Positions 60,843 through 64,000 of a stretch of DNA of 64,000 nt are shown here, in pieces. Both the position numbers and the translations under genes were made by a program. Source of the stretch: Dimargaris cristalligena (Eukaryota); NCBI GenBank assembly GCA_003614675.1, contig ML002228.1, positions 1 to 64,000 of the forward strand, in the 5' to 3' direction. The notes under the pieces are model-generated. The model was not told the DNA's origin and did not search any database. It was given only the letters and a program-made list of their open reading frames with translations. Position 1 is the stretch's first letter. Every line of letters begins with the position of its first letter.

Positions 60843-60994
60843 AATCTGGGCGAATTTCGGCCCCGCTGTAAAAGGGTAGACATGATATGGATATGGGTAG
60901 GGGATGTTAGGCGAGCGATTCATTCGCAATCAATAATGGTTGCCTCACCCAACAGATTTTTCAGTATACAGCCTAGTTGAACCTCTCCCATCTT
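60843..60994 (+). mobile_element. MITE copy D (more diverged)
   Basis: GGGCGAATTTCGGCCCCGCTGTAAAAGG ... AACAGATTTTTCAGTATACAGCCTAGTTGAACCTCTCCCAT matches the ends of copies A-C. Confidence 0.7.
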
Positions 60995-61935
60995 TACGGT
61001 AGTAGGGCGCGCTCTTAGGGCCGACTGATATACAGGACAAGGTGAAGTTAACCTTTTCACCCAGTGCCATTATTGACCGGAGCCCCACTTTCTGTAGTTG
61101 ACAGAGGACACCATCTGTGGCCTCCGACTGGACAGGAGGATTGATATAATTATCCATATAAAAGGCCCCGACTACCTGGTCCTTTTCGATTGTCTCCCTT
61201 GGCCACTAGGCGGGACAGTATGTCAAAGACGTGTGTCCGTTGATCGGAGTTTGCTGACTTCATATTGAGTATTTGCGCTAGGCCCCGACGAATGAAATGG
61301 CAAGTACATTAGGGGCCGCGTTAGTCCCAGGCCACCCAATTGCGGGCTTCTTTAAACTATCGCCAACAGTGGCCCACCTTCAACTATAAGCGCTAGGGAG
61401 GGTGGAGAGGGGCGAAGAGCCAGAGGAAAACAGAGGGGGGGGGCATGGGCACCTGTGGTCCAGCTGGAGCAAAGGAACGGGGGGAGGGAATTGGCAAAAA
61501 AAAAATGGGGTTGGCGGCATTGGTGACGGGGAGTTCCTCACTGCTGGAGATGCCAGTGTATCCCGGTCGCAGCCGTATATAAACCCCAGTGGTTCCCCCC
61601 CTTTCATGACTCGACATTCCATTTCTTCCTACCTTCATTTGAATAGCCCCCTGGTCTGCTCTTGCGCGACTAGTTTCCACTGCTTTGACATCGCATCCAG
61701 CTTGTATTTATAGTGTCCATCATTTTCTCCCTGGTGAACCCCGTTTGCCCTACGTAGCTAACACCAACATATTTTAATCCCAATATCTCTCCGTCTCTCT
61801 TCTTCAATTCGTTTAAGTTACAGTGGTAGTGTCCGTATCTATTGCCTGCATCCCCTCCAATTATATATATATATATATATATAAAAGAAGGAAAATAACT
61901 TTATCTATCCCCCAAGTACGCCCCCCCAATCTACC

Positions 61936-62382
61936 ATGCTGCCAAACCTCTTGCTCGCAACGCTGGCCGTTGTGGTCCTTTCGGCGTGTTCCACCTTTGC
62001 CTCGCTCAGCGGGAACCAAGTAATTACCCCCCATAACTGGGTGATTATGCATGATCAATTAGCTAATAATCCCCCAGCCTGCGAAATGCCCTACGCCGAG
62101 CTTCGCCTGGAACGTATCACGGCCGTCCAGGGCCTGGTCAAGGGCAGTATGTGCGGTAAATGCATCAAAGTCGCCAATGCCGCTGATCCCCAGAAATCCA
62201 TGTACGTTCTGGTAGTTGATATGGGAGGCCGCGGCTTGGATGTCAGTACCGTGGCTTATAAACAAATCTTTGGGCAAGACACGGATCCGGCCAGTGCCGT
62301 TTGGACCGAGGCCCCCGATAGCGCATGCGCCGGAGTCTGGAATAAGAGGCGCTCGAGCACTATCAATACGAGACGTCGCTAG
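61936..62382 (+). CDS. Secreted RlpA-like double-psi beta-barrel (expansin/barwin/loosenin-like) protein, 148 aa
   Basis: Signal peptide, then PPACEMPY, MCGKCIKV and VLVVDMGGRGLDVSTVAYKQIFG, which match the DPBB pattern. Confidence 0.88.
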   Translation: MLPNLLLATLAVVVLSACSTFASLSGNQVITPHNWVIMHDQLANNPPACEMPYAELRLERITAVQGLVKGSMCGKCIKVANAADPQKSMYVLVVDMGGRGLDVSTVAYKQIFGQDTDPASAVWTEAPDSACAGVWNKRRSSTINTRRR

Positions 62383-63307
62383 GTGCCGCCCTCATCATTG
62401 AATCCTGTCGTATCAATATTATGATTTCATTACCCCATCGTATTCGGTCAATTGTATCATCAGGTCTAGCGTGAATGGGATCGTCGACATGTCCTTTATT
62501 GGTCTGCTAAACCCCGCCGCCCTGATTATCGTTATTGACCGGCCCTCCCTTCTGACCATGATTCAGATATTTTAAAACGCCCTGGATGTTTCAGGGCCAT
62601 TCCCAATAAACCATTTTTTGCAGTCAATAGACACGATTGAGAAAGGTTATCCACAATGTGGCCAGAGGTGGGCAATTGGCGGCCCAGGGAAAGGGTGTAT
62701 TTTGGAGTCCACGATCGAGAATACGCTAACGAACTTCGTCATGAATAGCCATGTTTCACCAAGAAAGCAGCGTATATAAAAGGGTAATAACGGGCAGGTA
62801 GTAATGGCATGCCAAACCCTTTGACCGGGGAAAATATCCTCCTATCACACTCTTCAGGCCCATTCGTTCAGCCAATTGGCCATCGTTCGATTGACCAACT
62901 CATACTTTAGCATCGGATAATTGGAGGGCATAAGTGCGTAAATTTCCGTAGTTTATAATTTAGCCTCAACCAGTTTGGGGAGCCATAGTCCAGTTTGAGG
63001 TAGATAAACAATAATAAGACGCACCATAGCCGCGGTTAACTCAAACCGATTATCCCTTCAGCTAGCCAATCATAACTGCTTAACTGTTCTTTACCCATTC
63101 AACCAAGTATCACGGATATTGATTTGTAGTACACGTGGGAGGTAGACGATTTATTTAAACAGACGCGATGATATCAATACGGCGATGCTTGCTCGTATTC
63201 GACGCTATCGGCTAGTCTCCTGGTTAGTAGAAACTCCCTATTCGATATAATGCCTAATATCTTCCCACAAAAAATCGAGCAGGTTGACGGGGTGGGGTAT
63301 AGCGTAA

Positions 63308-63959
63308 TTACTTCTGCTTGGATTGTTCTTCCATCATGGCGGCATTCTGCTCAGCGAACCGCTGGCCAACACGTTCAGCGTGTTTCATGAATTTGTCGGT
63401 GCACCGGGACACGCAGCCCTCCTGAAGCGTTCGATTTGGTAAGTGTTTAGGATATAGTAGATTAGGGATAGCTGGTTAGAAACAGCGGGCATGGTCAGAC
63501 AATACATCGAGGACCGTAATTTGAAGACTCGCGCAGCTAGGGGTTTAGGTCGTGGCGTATATAGCCGTTAATCACCAGGTTCAGGTGGGTAATAATAATA
63601 ATATCCTACTAAATCCGCAAAACTAGTCAACTTACCTCACGGGAAGACATGGTCTTGGAAGTAAAGTCGCTAACACAGCTATCGAAGCAGCGTTGGACCA
63701 GATTCGAGTAGAGGCGCATGAAGTCACGCATCTAAGGGAAGGTAACGGGGGCGATCGAACAATGGATAAACGAGGGACATTAGTTGGGGGCCTTGGGGTG
63801 GGATAAGGGAGGCGGGTGCACAGGTTCACGTCTCCCCATTGATCCAGGCAAGAGGTGTTAATGACAGGTAACCGCCTGGAATGAGATCCATACCTGATTG
63901 CGTTCCATGAGCTGCTGCATGCGCATGCTATCGGCTTCGTTGAATTGACTGAAATCCAT
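63308..63959 (-). CDS. TIM9: Mitochondrial intermembrane-space small Tim chaperone Tim9, 3 exons: 63959-63894, 63731-63636, 63421-63308 (~91 aa)
   Basis: Spliced [84 protein letters not shown]. Twin CX3C plus Tim9-specific flanks. Confidence 0.95.
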
Positions 63960-64000
63960 TGTGAGTAAAAGAGGGGGGATACTTGAATCAAGGGACGGGA

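Noticed and set aside
1..64000. CRISPR arrays, rRNA, prokaryotic operons
   Set aside because: None seen; the sequence is a spliceosomal-intron-containing eukaryotic locus.

Overview
Eukaryotic, intron-containing fungal genomic DNA. Introns are mostly GT-AG and about 180-430 bp, exons are GC-rich and the intergenic DNA is AT-richer. Gene content and style suggest an early-diverging fungus, possibly Zoopagomycota or a Dimargaris-like mycoparasite; this is inference and unverified. I reconstructed 18 protein-coding genes by hand. Housekeeping genes: OXP1 5-oxoprolinase, calcineurin A, PCF11, DAD2, ERCC1/RAD10, a LOG-family phosphoribohydrolase, a PPIL2-type cyclophilin, TIM9 and a zinc-knuckle SR protein. 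Others include a 7TM-RGS receptor, a tubby/LURP-like protein and several secreted proteins. The most striking feature is three dispersed genes (1750-3422 +, 33696-35499 +, 54028-55246 -) sharing one architecture: signal peptide, F-box-like motif, a phase-0 intron of about 200-235 bp right after it, then a helical, partly ankyrin-like body with a shared AxFLxxK/R motif. These are candidate secreted F-box effectors that could co-opt a host SCF ubiquitin ligase. Also seen: a 146-bp MITE family, two copies of which bracket one F-box gene; a second ~200-bp repeat family; a CpG-depleted relic at the window start; a 245-bp foldback inside the long PCF11 intron 1; an apparent GA-AG intron in ERCC1; and a cyclophilin missing its U-box half. 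No CRISPR, rRNA or tRNA was recognised.
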